Shown in pieces: positions 1 to 12,001 of a stretch of 64,000 nucleotides of DNA. The number at the start of each line of letters is the position of its first letter. The first letter of the stretch is position 1. Source of the stretch: Vulcanimicrobiota bacterium (lineage in GTDB: Bacteria > Vulcanimicrobiota > Vulcanimicrobiia > Vulcanimicrobiales > Vulcanimicrobiaceae); the NCBI GenBank assembly GCA_963812155.1, contig CAWETW010000001.1, forward strand, positions 704,001 to 768,000, written 5' to 3'. The translations under genes and the position numbers were made by a program. Below the pieces are notes generated by a model. The model worked only from the letters and a program-made list of their open reading frames with translations. It searched no databases and was not told where the DNA came from.

Positions 1-1618
1 TGCTTCCGTTGAAAAGCGATCCGCTCGCGCGTTATGCGGAGCGGCCGCCTGCGACCGCGTCCATCGTCGAGGCGGAATCGCGGTTCGAATGGACCGATGC
101 CGCCTGGATTGAACGCCGCGGCGACGGCGGCGAGCGCCGGCGCGCCGATTTCAATCTACGAAGTGCATTTGGGCTCGTGGAGACGCCGGGGCGACGAGGG
201 CAATCGCTATCTCAGCTACGACGAACTTTCGGCGGAACTCTTGCCGTACGTCGCCGAGATGGGTTTCACGCACGTCGAACTGCTGCCGGTGACCGAACAT
301 CCCTTCGACGGATCGTGGGGGTATCAGCCGACGGGTATGTTCGCGCCGACGAGCCGGTACGGAACGCCCGATGCGTTCCGGCGCTTCGTCGACACGGCGC
401 ATCGGCTGGGCGTCGGCGTGATTCTCGATTGGGTGCCGGGCCATTTTCCGAGCGACCCGCACGGCCTCGCATTCTTCGACGGCACGTATCTCTACGAATA
501 CGGCGATCCGCGCAAGGGTTTTCAGCCGGACTGGAACACGCTCATTTACAATCACGGGCGTCGCGAGGTGGCGAACTTTCTCATCGCGAGCGCGCTCTAT
601 TGGATCGAGGAGTTTCACGTGGACGGTCTGCGCGTCGACGCGGTCGCTTCGATGCTGTATCTCGATTACAGCCGGCGCGAAGGCGAGTGGGTGCCCAACG
701 CGCGCGGCGGTCGCGAAAACCTCGATGCGATCGAGTTTTTGAAGCGACTCAATCAGACGCTGCACGATACGCACGGCGATGCCGTCACGATTGCCGAGGA
801 GTCGACGTCGTGGCCGCTGGTGACCGGGGCCGTGGCCGACGGCGGACTGGGATTCGGCTACAAGTGGAACATGGGGTGGATGCACGATTCGCTGCGCTAC
901 TTGGGATACGATCCGGTCTACCGCCGCTACCATCAGAACGATCTGACGTTCGGATTGATCTACGCGTTCAGCGAACGATTCGTGCTGCCGCTTTCGCACG
1001 ATGAAGTGGTGCACGGCAAACGTCCGCTCGTCGAGAAAATGCCGGGCGACCGCTGGCAGCGTTTCGCGAACGTGCGGCTGCTGCTGGCACTGATGATCGC
1101 GCATCCCGGCAAGAAACTGCTGTTCATGGGCGACGAGATCGCTGCGCCCAAGGAGTGGAATCACGACGCGCAGCTCGACTGGGGCGTGCTCGACGACGCG
1201 CTGCATGCGGGCGTGGCGCACCTCGTCCGCGACTGCAACCGTCTCTATCGCGCGACGCCGGCGCTCTACGAACTCGACTGCGAGCCGCAGGGATTCGAAT
1301 GGATCTCCTGCGACGACAGCGCCAACAGCGTGCTCGCGTTTCTGCGGCGCAGCCGCGCCGGCGAGTTCGCGGTCGTGCGTCGTCAACGCGACGCCGGTAG
1401 TGCGCTATGGTTACCGCATCGGCGTGCCGCAGCCCGGGACCTATCGCGAAGCGCTCAACAGCGACTCCGAGCACTACGGCGGCAGCAACGTCGGCAATCA
1501 AGGCAGCGTCGTTAGCGAAGCGATCGCCGCAAACGGGCACGCCGATTCGCTTTCGCTCACCCTGCCGCCGCTGTCGGTTGCGATCTTCGTCTATGATGGC
1601 GAGGAATGTGAACGCTAG
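1..1618 (+). CDS. glgB: 1,4-alpha-glucan branching enzyme (5'-truncated by window; two apparent frameshifts near 125 and 1380)
   Basis: GH13 motifs [43 protein letters not shown] in ORF 34..1515; N-part KSDPLA...FEWTD in ORF 9..; C-terminus [11 protein letters not shown]...LTLPPL in ORF 1205..1618. Confidence 0.93.
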
Positions 1619-4028
1619 AGCAATCTTAAGGTCGCCAGAGCAAGCACGAACCGGGGTCCATGCCGTACGGGAAGCGTTGGAGTACCGCGTCGCGGTCGTT
1701 CAGGCCGCTGCGGGATGGGGAAAAACCACGGCGGTACGCACCGCGACTGCCGGCGTAGCCCACGAGTGGCACGACGCGGCGACGCTCGGTTCCGACGAAC
1801 TCCTTGCGGCGGCCTCGTCGGGGGATCGCCTCATCGTCATCGACGACGTACACGCCTTCGCCGGTAACGGGCCGGGGCCCGACACGATCGCGGAGTTGGT
1901 CGACCGGTTTCCTGAAACGCGATGGGCCTTCGTGTCCCGCCAGTCTGTCGGGCTACCAATCGCAACTTGGATCGCGAAAGGGAAAGCAGCCGCGCCGGTC
2001 GGGCAAAGCGATTTGTCATTGACGGCATACGAAATTCGCCGCGCCGCAAAGAGCCTCGGTCTGCGCACCGATGACGCCGCGATGCAATTTATCGCTGACG
2101 CAACCAGTGGATGGCCGGTCGCAGTGAGGTTCGCGCTCGCCGCTCTGCAGCGTTCGTCGTCGGATCTCTCGCGTGCCTTCGCGACGACGCACCGGCTCTT
2201 GTCGGCATACTTCGCTACAGAAATACTTCAACAACTCGACGACGATCGTCGCGAGCTGCTTTCCGATCTGGCGTTGCTGGGCGAGTTCGACGAAGGGATG
2301 CTCGCAGCACTCGGCCGTGAAGACGCATCGGCGGATCTGCGATGGCTCGACGGCGCGGCGATTCCGTCATGCGATGTAGGAAATCGGCGTTCGCTGCATC
2401 CGGTATTCGCCCAGTATATGATCGTGCAGATTCCCGCGACCCACCGGCAAGCTCGTGCACTCCGTGCAGCCGCGGCGCTACGAGCGTCGGGTCTTGTCGG
2501 ACGCGCTTTCGATTTGAAGCGGAGCTACGCTCCGGACTCGGCGCTCGCAGCGATTCGCGACGAAGGCTTGGCCCTGCTAGATGCGGGCTGTTGGGCCGGC
2601 GTGGAACAAGCCATTCGCACGCTGCCACAATCGATACGTCGCGACGACCCGATCGTCGTATGCTTGCGCGCGGAACTCGAAGCGGAAGCCGGCGCGTTAG
2701 AACGCGCGAACGCTCTGTACGAAAAAGCACACAACATAACGACGACTCCCGAAGTTCACGCCGGCATCTGTCGTCACCGGGCCCTGCATTATCTCAATCA
2801 GGGCAAGACTGAAGCTCTCGACGTAATACTCCCCGCGCTCGACGTGGGTACGGCGATAGAGCGAATGGATACGCACGGCATTTACGCGATGGCCCTGGCA
2901 TTAACGGGCCGTCTAGACGATGCGCTCCTGGAGGGACGGCACGCCGTAGACGTTGCTACAGACCTTGACGATGAGGGGTTGCTGGTCCGCTCGTTGCAAC
3001 GGCTGTCATATGTCGAATTCCAAGCGGGTCACCTTGCCGATGCAGAAAAACATGGCCGCGAGGCTTCGCGCCTCGCCCATCGCCTCGGCGCGTGGTTTCA
3101 CTTTATCTGCGCGCAGAGCATTCTATACGGTGTGGCTATTGGGATACGCGACGATCACGCTGCGGCCTTATGGCACGCGCAACAGATCGAGTGGGCGGCA
3201 GAACGCACGGGAGATCGGCGACACCGTTCGTATGCGCTCAGCGCGCAATACGTTCTCGAGGTCGAGCGAGGGCGCAGAGAGCGCGCGCTGGCGATCGAAT
3301 CGGCGATAACGGTGCATTCGGGTTTCCGCGACGCACTTGAGTGCTGTTTCGCCTTGGCAACGCGTCTGAGTTGGGACGGCGAGTTTTCAGAAGGTTATAG
3401 GGTTTTAGCACTGCTGGACGATCACGTCGTAGACCCTTCCGAACGGCGCCTCTTGAACGCGGCGCTTGCGATGTTCGCAGCTTTCGGAGGCGACGAGCGG
3501 AATGCATCACTTCGCCTCCGCGCGTGCGGCAGAGTTGCGGAAGCAGCCGCTCGAGAAAACGCCGTTGGAAACGTGCAAGCCGACTGCTATGCGGCGGTCG
3601 CGCAAATCGTGCTCGGCCACGCGGAAGCCGCAGTCCGCCGTTTACCGCATCTCGCTCCCACCGCGCAAACGCGCGCGCTGGCGTCGTTCGCGCGCGATCT
3701 CGCTGCGCTGGGTTCCGCGCTTGGAAGCGAATCGGCATCAAAGGCTCTCCAGCGCTTGCGTTTGGCGCGCCAAGAGGGAATTGCGGAAGCGGTCGCCGCC
3801 GCGCTTGCTTCGCTGCGGCATGACGAAGGATCTGCGCTGCTCACGGATGCTGAAATCCGCGTCTTGGTCGACTTGGCGAGCGGTCGAACGGCCAAGGCAA
3901 TCGCTCAAAAGCACGCCCGCAGCATCCATACGATACGCAACCAAATCAAGGCGGCCACCCGCAAACTCGGTGCCTCAGGGAGCATCGAAGCGGTGGCGCG
4001 CGCACATCACCTCGGACTGCTCCGTTAG
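1608..4028 (+). CDS. MalT-like (STAND ATPase + TPR-like + LuxR HTH) transcriptional regulator
   Basis: Walker A AAAGWGKTT, Walker B LIVIDDVH, GWP motif, C-terminal LTDAEIRVL...TAKAIA...SIHTIRNQIK...KLG LuxR HTH; GTG start at 1608 overlapping glgB end. Confidence 0.85.
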   Translation: MNARAILRSPEQARTGVHAVREALEYRVAVVQAAAGWGKTTAVRTATAGVAHEWHDAATLGSDELLAAASSGDRLIVIDDVHAFAGNGPGPDTIAELVDRFPETRWAFVSRQSVGLPIATWIAKGKAAAPVGQSDLSLTAYEIRRAAKSLGLRTDDAAMQFIADATSGWPVAVRFALAALQRSSSDLSRAFATTHRLLSAYFATEILQQLDDDRRELLSDLALLGEFDEGMLAALGREDASADLRWLDGAAIPSCDVGNRRSLHPVFAQYMIVQIPATHRQARALRAAAALRASGLVGRAFDLKRSYAPDSALAAIRDEGLALLDAGCWAGVEQAIRTLPQSIRRDDPIVVCLRAELEAEAGALERANALYEKAHNITTTPEVHAGICRHRALHYLNQGKTEALDVILPALDVGTAIERMDTHGIYAMALALTGRLDDALLEGRHAVDVATDLDDEGLLVRSLQRLSYVEFQAGHLADAEKHGREASRLAHRLGAWFHFICAQSILYGVAIGIRDDHAAALWHAQQIEWAAERTGDRRHRSYALSAQYVLEVERGRRERALAIESAITVHSGFRDALECCFALATRLSWDGEFSEGYRVLALLDDHVVDPSERRLLNAALAMFAAFGGDERNASLRLRACGRVAEAAARENAVGNVQADCYAAVAQIVLGHAEAAVRRLPHLAPTAQTRALASFARDLAALGSALGSESASKALQRLRLARQEGIAEAVAAALASLRHDEGSALLTDAEIRVLVDLASGRTAKAIAQKHARSIHTIRNQIKAATRKLGASGSIEAVARAHHLGLLR

Positions 4029-4179
4029 GCCGCATAGCCTAAAGTGGTCATGGCCCACTGCGGGCCGTTCCTGCAAGATGAGTCGCGGCAAGCCTTGCCG
4101 ATTCCTTAGCGCTTCGTCTCGGGCATCGATCAGGCATTAGTGCCCGCTTCGCCGGACGGCTCTCAGAAAGGTTCTTCAA

Positions 4180-5271
4180 TTGTTTGTGTCTCAATGCCGC
4201 CGCGCCTTACTCGCCGGGGGCGCCCTCGCGTTGCTTGCAGGTTGTTCCGGAGCATCGCAACTCTCTCCATCGACCATTGGCGCCCAGCCGGGTGCGCAGT
4301 TAGCCGGCCGTCAGCCGGCCTTCATCCAAGGGATGAAGCGACCTCTCGGCGCTTTTGCGCTTTCGGCTGCGCAACTCGAAACGCTGCGCAATAGCGGCGT
4401 CAAGGTGCCGCACGTGATACCTCCTAACGGAAGCCACGCCACTTGGGGACGCGCGCTTTTCGTGTCCGACTATCTGGGCAACGTCGTCCAGGAGTTCCAA
4501 CCGGAACGGGGCGGCACGATCATCGCGACCATCAGTGACGTGGTCGGACCGCAAGGCATGGACCGGGACCGTCACGGAAACCTGTACGTGACGAGCCAAG
4601 GCACGTCTTCGGTGAACGTTTACACTCCTGGTAGTTACACCGCCTCAAAGATCCTCAACGAAGGAAACCAACAAGCGCCGGCCTCGGTAGCCGTTTGTCC
4701 GAACGGCACGGTGTACGTGTCGAACACGTACGCCGATAACGGCAACGTCGACGGCAGCATCCAAATCTTCAAGAAGAACGCGACGTCGCCGACCGGCTCG
4801 ATCCCCGATAGCAAGATTTTCTTTTCGTTCTTCGTCGCTTGCGATGCCGCCGGTAATGTTTGGTACGACTACGTCGACCAGAACTTCGTCACCGGTGTCG
4901 CCGAGTACGTACCGTCCACTGCAACCATCACCGAGTTCGGCAGCCTCGGAATCGATTTCCCCGGCGGCATTCGAGCGCTCGGAAACGGTAAACTGTCGAT
5001 CAACGACCAGAGCACCAGCCAAACCAGTGGAACCGTGCATATCTTCAACACGTCCAACATGGCCGGCGGTCCGATTTCGACCATCACCGGTTTCGACGAT
5101 CCTGTCTCGGGCTCGTGGGTCAAGTCGGACGCCGCAACGTGGCAGGCCGACATCACGACGCAACGCGTCGATTTCGCGAAACTGACGGGGAGTCCGCAAA
5201 TCAAGTACTCCGTCGGCGCCGGAGTCCTTCAAGGCCCAGAAGATGCACTCGTCTTCCCAGGTAACCGCTAA
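4180..5271 (+). CDS. Secreted lipoprotein, NHL-like beta-propeller
   Basis: Lipobox LLAGC after hydrophobic stretch; blades such as GPQGMDRDRHGNLYVT, ACDAAGNVWY; TTG start. Confidence 0.7.
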   Translation: MFVSQCRRALLAGGALALLAGCSGASQLSPSTIGAQPGAQLAGRQPAFIQGMKRPLGAFALSAAQLETLRNSGVKVPHVIPPNGSHATWGRALFVSDYLGNVVQEFQPERGGTIIATISDVVGPQGMDRDRHGNLYVTSQGTSSVNVYTPGSYTASKILNEGNQQAPASVAVCPNGTVYVSNTYADNGNVDGSIQIFKKNATSPTGSIPDSKIFFSFFVACDAAGNVWYDYVDQNFVTGVAEYVPSTATITEFGSLGIDFPGGIRALGNGKLSINDQSTSQTSGTVHIFNTSNMAGGPISTITGFDDPVSGSWVKSDAATWQADITTQRVDFAKLTGSPQIKYSVGAGVLQGPEDALVFPGNR

Positions 5272-5311
5272 ATCGAATCACCGCTTCACGTGACCGACGT
5301 GCGCTAGCGAA

Positions 5312-5350
5312 AAGGGGACTGGCCGTGTGTATAGGCCGGTCCCCTTCTTT
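5312..5350 (+). terminator. Rho-independent terminator
   Basis: Stem aaggggactggcc / ggccggtcccctt followed by T-rich tail, ~40 nt after stop at 5271. Confidence 0.75.
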
Positions 5351-5451
5351 AATTCACACGTTCCGCTGTTGCGCGAATCGTAAAGCGGCAGCCGTCCGAC
5401 CACGAAAACGTTAGACGAGGTTTTCGCCCCCGGCAAAACGCATAAGGGCGC

Positions 5452-7585
5452 ATGATCGCATCGCGGCGAGCTGCCGTTCTACCGGGGCGGCCCTATCCTC
5501 TGGGTGCAACGTGGAACGGTGCGGGCGTGAACTTCGCGCTCTTTTCGGAAAATGCGGAGAAGGTCGAACTCTGCATCTTCGATCCGCGCGGACGCCGCGA
5601 AGTCGAACGCATCGCGCTGCCCGAGTACACCGACTCCGTCTGGCACGGCTATCTGCCCGACGCGCGGCCCGGGTTGCTCTACGGTTATCGCGTGTACGGT
5701 CCGTACGACCCGGCGAACGGCCACCGGTTCAATCACCACAAACTGCTGCTGGACCCGTATGCCGTCATGGTGAGCGGCGGCATCGTATGGAGCGACGCCC
5801 ATTTCGGCTATCGTGTCGGCTCGCCGCGGGCGGATCTGTCGTTCGACCGGCGCGACAACGCCGCCGGCATGCCGAAATGCGTCGTCGTCGATACGGCGTT
5901 TACGTGGGGCAGCGATCGCCTGCTCCACACGCGCTGGCACGACCTCGTCATCTACGAGATGCACGTGCGCGGCTACACGATGAAGCATCACGGCGTTGCG
6001 CCGGAGCGCCGCGGAACGGTTGCCGGCCTTTCGTCGCCGGCGGTCATCGAATACTTGACGCGGCTCGGGGTCAACGCGATCGAACTGCTGCCGGTGCAGA
6101 ATTTCGTCGACGACCGGAACCTCATTCAAAAAGGCTTGCGCAACTACTGGGGATACCAGCCCATCTCATTTTTCGCGCCGATGCCGCGGTATCTCTCGCG
6201 CGCCGACCTCGGCGAGTTCAAGACGATGGTGTCGCGCATGCACGATGCGGGGATCGAAGTGATTCTCGACGTCGTCTACAACCACACCGCCGAAGGCAGC
6301 GAACTCGGGCCGACGCTGAGTTTCCGCGGGATCGACAATAAGTCGTATTATCGCCTGGCCGGTGATCCTCGCTATTATGCCGATACGACCGGTTGCGGCA
6401 ACGCACTCAACCTCGCCCATCCCAGCGTTTTGAAGATGGTGACCGATTCGCTGCGCTATTGGGTCAACGAGATGCACGTGGACGGTTTCCGCTTCGATTT
6501 GGCGACGACGCTGGCGCGCACGAGCGACAACCGGTTCAGCACGCAGAGCAACTTCCTGGCATCGCTGGAGCAAGATCCGGTGCTGTCGCGCGTGAAAATG
6601 ATCGCCGAGCCGTGGGATCTCGGCGAAGACGGCTACCATCTCGGCGACTTCCCAGCCGGATGGTCGGAATGGAACGACCGCTTCCGCGACGGCGTGCGCC
6701 GTTTTTGGCGCGGCGACGGCAACATCCGCGAAATGGCGACGCGCCTCACCGGATCGAGCGACGTCTTCGACCGGCGCGGGCGGCGTCCGCGCTCGAGCGT
6801 GAACTTCGTGACGGCGCACGACGGTTTCACGCTCACCGACCTCGTCTCGTACGACTACAAGCACAACGAAGCCAACCTCGACGACAACCGCGACGGCACC
6901 GACGACAATCTCAGTTGGAACTGCGGCGCGGAAGGTGTCGACCGATGACGCAGGCATTCTCGCGTTGCGCGACCGCCAGAAGCGTAACTTCTTTGCGACG
7001 CTGCTGCTTTCGCAAGGATTGCCGATGCTGGTGGCCGGTGACGAACTCGGCCGCACCCAGTTCGGAAACAATAACGCCTACTGTCAAGACAACGATCTGG
7101 GTTGGCTCGATCGCTCGCACATGTTCGACGAAAGCGGGAGTTTGTTCGCATTCGTGTGCCGGCTGATCGCATTGCGTCGCGCGCATCCGGTTTTTCGGCG
7201 CCCACGCTTCTTCCGCGGCGCAATCTCCGGCGACTCGCCGTTGAAGGACATTACGTGGCACGCACCCGACGCGCGTGAAATGACCTACGACGATTGGCAC
7301 GATGCATCGCTGCGAAGTTTCGCCGCGGTGTTGAGCGGCGACACCGGCGACCGCTTCATCAGCCTTCAGGGCTATCGCGAGCTCGACGACAGTTTCTTGC
7401 TGATCGTGAACGCGCACGACGCTAGCGTGGCCTTTACCCTTCCGCCGGTGCCGTCGGGCGGCCGTTGGATGACGCAAATCGACACGGCGCGTTGGAATGG
7501 AACAGCCGGCAACGGCGCGCTCCTTCCCGGCGAGCGCTACGACGTGGTCGATCGCTCGCTCGTCCTCTTCATCGCGGCGCCGTGA
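5452..7585 (+). CDS. glgX: Glycogen debranching enzyme (one apparent frameshift near 6940)
   Basis: PYPLGAT, NYWGY, DVVYNHTAEG, DGFRFDLA, AEPWD, TAHDGFTL; continues in ORF 6935..7585 with LLLSQGLPMLVAGDE, NNNAYCQDN. Confidence 0.93.
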
Positions 7586-9480
7586 CGGAAACGCTCGACC
7601 GGCTCGCAGAAACGGCGGGCATCCTTCCGTCGTTCCGCGATTATTTCGGGAACGAGACGATCGTTTCGCGGGAAACGAAGGCTGCGCTGCTGCACGCGAT
7701 GGGCTACGACGCCGGGTCGGAGCGCCGCATGCGCTCGTCGCTGCGCGATGCGCAAGCCGAAAGCGCCGCCGGTGACGCCGAGGGCGCAGACGGCAGCGCA
7801 TCCGCCGAGTGCTACCTTCCGCCGGCGTGGGAGTCGCGGCCAACGTGGGCGCTCGCGACGCAACTGTACGCGTTGCGCTCCGGCCGTAATTGGGGCATCG
7901 GCGACTTCGGCGACCTGCGCGAACTCGTGGGTCTCGCGGGGCGAGCCGGGGCCGCGGCCGTGGCAATCAATCCGCTCCACGAACTCTTTCCGAACAATCC
8001 CCGTGCGGCGAGCCCCTATGCGCCGTCGAGCCGGCTCTTTCTCAACATCTTCTACATCGACGTCCCGGCCGTACCCGACTTTACGGAGTCGGCGCGAGCG
8101 CAAGCTCTCGTTGCCGCGCCGGAGTTTGCCGCAGCGCTGCAGCGGTTACGCGACGCGGCGCTCGTGGATTACGACGGCGTTGCGCGCGCGAAGCTCGTCG
8201 TTCTCGGACTGCTGTGGGAGTCGTTTCGCGTCAATCATCTCGAGCGTCCCGGCGATGCGCGTGCCCCGGATTTTCGCGCGTTCGTGCGCGACGGCGGCCA
8301 AACACTGGAACGGCTCGCGCGCTACGAGGCGCTGGCGGAACACTTTCGCGCGCGCGACGCCGCCTGCTATGGATGGCTGCAGTGGCCGGCGGAGTACCGC
8401 TCGCCGGATTCTCCCGACGTCGCGCGATTCGCACGCGAGCATCGCGATCGCGTCGATTTCTATTGCTACGCACAGTGGACGGCGGATCGCCAACTCGCCC
8501 GTGCGGCGGCTGGTGACCGCGAAAGCGGTGCGGCATTGTACCGCGACTTGGCCGTCGGCGTCGATCGCAACGGCGCCGACGCCTGGAGCGATCCGGGAGC
8601 AATTGCCGCGGAAGCGTCGCTCGGCGCGCCGGCCGATCCGCTCAACGTGCACGGACAGAACTGGGGCCTTCCGCCGCTTTCGCCGCGCGCACTGCGGGAA
8701 CGCGCGTACACACCGTTTGCATCGTTGCTGCGGGCCAACATGCGTCACGCGCGTATTTTGCGCATCGATCACGTGATGGCGCTGCAACGCGCGTTTTGGA
8801 TTCCGCAGGGGCGGCCGGCAACCGAAGGTGCGTACGTGCGCTATCCGCTCGACGCAATGCTGCGCGTGCTCGCGCGCGAGAGCGTCGCCAACGCCTGCGC
8901 GGTCGTCGGTGAAGATCTCGGCACGGTTCCGGATGGATTTCGCGAACGGCTGCAGGCAGCGCGCGTGCTCTCGTCGCGCTTGGTGTACTTCGAGCGGACG
9001 TGGGACGGCGCATTTCGGCCGCCCGCGGAATACCCGCGATTGGCGGCGGCCAGCATCGGCACGCACGATTTGCCTCCGCTGCTTGGATGGTGGACGGCCG
9101 GCGGCGGCGACGAGCGCCGCCACGCACGCTACACACTCGTGGATGCGCTGCTGCGGGAAGGCTGCATCGACGAGGCGTCTGCCGCGCGCCTGCGCGACGA
9201 TGCGGGTGCGGGCGGGAGCGCGACAGCAGCCGAACTCCTTTCCGATGCGGTGCACCGCTTTCTCGCGCGAACTCCGTCGCTGCTCAAGGTGGTCGCCATC
9301 GAAGACGTACTCGGTGAGACGGCGAGCGTCAACGTGCCCGGCACCGTCGACGAGCATCCGAACTGGCAGCGAAAGCGTTCGCTTCCGATGGAAGCGCTCG
9401 CCGCCGACGGCCGGCTCTTCCGCATCGGCGCGCTGATGTGTGATACTAAACCCGTGACGTTTCGAGTGGGAGCCGGATGA
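7582..9480 (+). CDS. malQ: 4-alpha-glucanotransferase (amylomaltase, GH77)
   Basis: [57 protein letters not shown] start overlapping glgX stop. Confidence 0.92.
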   Translation: MTETLDRLAETAGILPSFRDYFGNETIVSRETKAALLHAMGYDAGSERRMRSSLRDAQAESAAGDAEGADGSASAECYLPPAWESRPTWALATQLYALRSGRNWGIGDFGDLRELVGLAGRAGAAAVAINPLHELFPNNPRAASPYAPSSRLFLNIFYIDVPAVPDFTESARAQALVAAPEFAAALQRLRDAALVDYDGVARAKLVVLGLLWESFRVNHLERPGDARAPDFRAFVRDGGQTLERLARYEALAEHFRARDAACYGWLQWPAEYRSPDSPDVARFAREHRDRVDFYCYAQWTADRQLARAAAGDRESGAALYRDLAVGVDRNGADAWSDPGAIAAEASLGAPADPLNVHGQNWGLPPLSPRALRERAYTPFASLLRANMRHARILRIDHVMALQRAFWIPQGRPATEGAYVRYPLDAMLRVLARESVANACAVVGEDLGTVPDGFRERLQAARVLSSRLVYFERTWDGAFRPPAEYPRLAAASIGTHDLPPLLGWWTAGGGDERRHARYTLVDALLREGCIDEASAARLRDDAGAGGSATAAELLSDAVHRFLARTPSLLKVVAIEDVLGETASVNVPGTVDEHPNWQRKRSLPMEALAADGRLFRIGALMCDTKPVTFRVGAG

Positions 9481-11978
9481 AGGCAGTCGTTATGGCCGGG
9501 GGCGAGGGCTCGCGCCTGCGTCCGCTGACGTCGAGCCGCCCAAAGCCCCTCGCGCCGGTCGCCAACAAGCCGGTGATGCATCACATCGTCGATTTGCTGC
9601 GCCGCCACGGCGTTACCGAAGTCGTCGCGACGCTGCACTATCTCGCCGACGAGATCGAAAACTACTTCGGCGACGGCTCGGAACACGGCGTCTCGATGGC
9701 CTACGTCGTCGAAGACACGCCGCTCGGCACGGCGGGCGCGGTGAAGCTCGCCGAACCGCTGCTCGGCGACGAACGCTTCCTGATCGTTTCCGGCGACGCG
9801 CTTACCGACATCGACCTCAGCGAGCTGCTTGCCTTCCACAAGAGCCGCGGCGCGGCGGTAACGATCGCGCTGCAGCGCGTTCCCAACCCGCTGGAGTTCG
9901 GCGTCGTCGTCACCGACGAGCACGGACGCATCACGCGCTTTCTCGAGAAGCCGTCGTGGGGTGAGATCTTCTCGGACACGATCAACACCGGCATCTACGT
10001 GCTCGAACCCGAGATCTTCGCGTACATGGAGAGCGGCAAGAACTACGATTTCTCGCGCGATCTGTTTCCGCTGATGCTGCGCGACGGCAAACCGATTTTC
10101 GGACACGTCGTCGGCGGCTACTGGAGCGACATCGGCAACCTGCAGCAGTATCTGCAGGCCAACTACGACGCGCTTTCCGGCGCCGTGCGCGTGGAGATTC
10201 CGGGAACGCAGATTCGCCCCGGCATTTGGGTCGGTGAAGACTGCCGGATCTCACCCGACGCGCAGTTGCACGGCCCGCTCGCCATCGGACGCAACGTGAC
10301 GATCGAAGCCGGCGCCGTCATCGAAGAGCTGACGGCAATCGGATCGTCGTCGATCGTCGCCGAAAACGCGCGCCTCCACCGGACCGTCGCGTGGGACGAC
10401 GTCTATGTCGGCGAGAATTCGAGCCTCACGGGTTGCACGCTCGCCGACCGCGTCATCGTGAAGGACCGCGTGACGATCATGGAAGGTGCGGTAATCGGGC
10501 GCGGCAGCACGCTCGGCAGCGGCTCGACCGTGCCGTCGAACATCAAACTCTGGCCCGAAAAATCGGTTGCGGCCGGCTCGATCGTATCGATGTCGCTGAT
10601 CTACGGCATCAAGTGGCCGGGCTCGCTCTTCGGCGCCGACGGCGTATCGGGGCTCGCGAATATCGAAATCACGCCGGAGTTCGCGCTCAGATTCGGGCAA
10701 GCGATCGGTTCGGTACTGCATCCGGGGCAAACGCTGATGACGAGCCGCGACGCGCATCCGGCCTCGCGTCTCACCAACCGCTGCATCATCGCGGGCGCGC
10801 TCTCGGTCGGCGTCAACGTGCAGGATCTGCGCGAGCTGCCAACGCCGGTTTCGCGTTACGCCGTGCGCGCGTGGGGCGACGCGTGCATTCACACCGGTAT
10901 TTCGCCCCACGATCCCGACCGTTACTTGCTCGAGTTCTTCGATAGTCACGGCGTGAACGTCGACAAGTCAACCGAGCGCAAAGTCGAGAACATCTTTTTC
11001 CGTGAAGATTTTCGGCGTACGCCGATGGAGGCGGTCGGCAATCTGAGTTTTCCCGAGCGTACGCTCGAAGGGTACAGCAACGGATTCCTCGCCGCGCTCA
11101 ATCCGCAAGCGATGTCGGGCGCGAATCTACGGGTGGTTATCGACTATGCGTACGGAAGCTCGTCGCTCATCTTGCCGCGCATTCTCAGCAATCTCGGCGT
11201 CGAGCTGATCGCGCTCAACGCGTTTTTCGACAACACGAAGGTGCTGACGTTTGCGCGCAACCGCAAGCGTCACCTCGAACAACTCAGCAACGTTACGACG
11301 TCGCTCGGCGCCAATCTGGGGATTCTGCTCGACCAGCACGGTGAAGCGCTGGCGATCGTCGACGACAAGGGCCGCATCATCGAGGACAGCCGGCTTCTGG
11401 CGCTGCTCATCATGCTGGTCGCGCGCTGCGTTCCCAACGCGCGGGTCGCCGTGCCGGTGATGGCGCCGCGTGCGATCGAAACGGTCGCCGAAGCGCTCGG
11501 CGCGACGGTCGTGCGCACGCGCAGCGACCGCCGTTCGCTGATGGCGTTCGCCGCCGAACAGGGCGCGTCGCTGGCGTTTGCCGGCGGCGCCAACTGCGAG
11601 CTCATTTTCCCCGAGTTCCAACCGGTCTTCGATTCGCTCTACGCGGCGGCGAAGATCATGGAGTTGATTGCGGCGCAGGGCGGTCCGCTCAGCGCGATCG
11701 TCGACGAACTTCCCGTTTGGCATCTGGCGACGCGCCGCGATCACTGCCCGTGGGAACGCAAGGGTCAAATCATGCGCCGCCTGCTCGACGAAACCAACGG
11801 CGAAAACGTCGAGCTCACCGACGGCATTCGCATCGGGCGCGACGGCGGTTGGGTGCTCGTGCTTCCCGACGCCTCCGAGCCGCAGTTCAACGTATACGCC
11901 GAAGGACGTTCCGACGAAGAGGCCCGGCAATATGCCGATGAAATTACGGAACGAATCGATCGATTGGTATCAACGTAG
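9477..11978 (+). CDS. Mannose-1-phosphate guanylyltransferase / hexapeptide-repeat / phosphomannomutase-like fusion
   Basis: [22 protein letters not shown] nucleotidyltransferase motif, left-handed beta-helix segment, then LFGADGVSG alpha-D-phosphohexomutase-like region. Confidence 0.88.
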   Translation: MKAVVMAGGEGSRLRPLTSSRPKPLAPVANKPVMHHIVDLLRRHGVTEVVATLHYLADEIENYFGDGSEHGVSMAYVVEDTPLGTAGAVKLAEPLLGDERFLIVSGDALTDIDLSELLAFHKSRGAAVTIALQRVPNPLEFGVVVTDEHGRITRFLEKPSWGEIFSDTINTGIYVLEPEIFAYMESGKNYDFSRDLFPLMLRDGKPIFGHVVGGYWSDIGNLQQYLQANYDALSGAVRVEIPGTQIRPGIWVGEDCRISPDAQLHGPLAIGRNVTIEAGAVIEELTAIGSSSIVAENARLHRTVAWDDVYVGENSSLTGCTLADRVIVKDRVTIMEGAVIGRGSTLGSGSTVPSNIKLWPEKSVAAGSIVSMSLIYGIKWPGSLFGADGVSGLANIEITPEFALRFGQAIGSVLHPGQTLMTSRDAHPASRLTNRCIIAGALSVGVNVQDLRELPTPVSRYAVRAWGDACIHTGISPHDPDRYLLEFFDSHGVNVDKSTERKVENIFFREDFRRTPMEAVGNLSFPERTLEGYSNGFLAALNPQAMSGANLRVVIDYAYGSSSLILPRILSNLGVELIALNAFFDNTKVLTFARNRKRHLEQLSNVTTSLGANLGILLDQHGEALAIVDDKGRIIEDSRLLALLIMLVARCVPNARVAVPVMAPRAIETVAEALGATVVRTRSDRRSLMAFAAEQGASLAFAGGANCELIFPEFQPVFDSLYAAAKIMELIAAQGGPLSAIVDELPVWHLATRRDHCPWERKGQIMRRLLDETNGENVELTDGIRIGRDGGWVLVLPDASEPQFNVYAEGRSDEEARQYADEITERIDRLVST

Positions 11979-12001
11979 CTCGAAGGGGAGCCTTCAAGAC
12001 G

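Noticed and set aside
151..11930. Long antisense and alternative-frame ORFs over the glycogen genes
   Set aside because: Typical shadow ORFs of high-GC coding DNA with no recognisable motifs.
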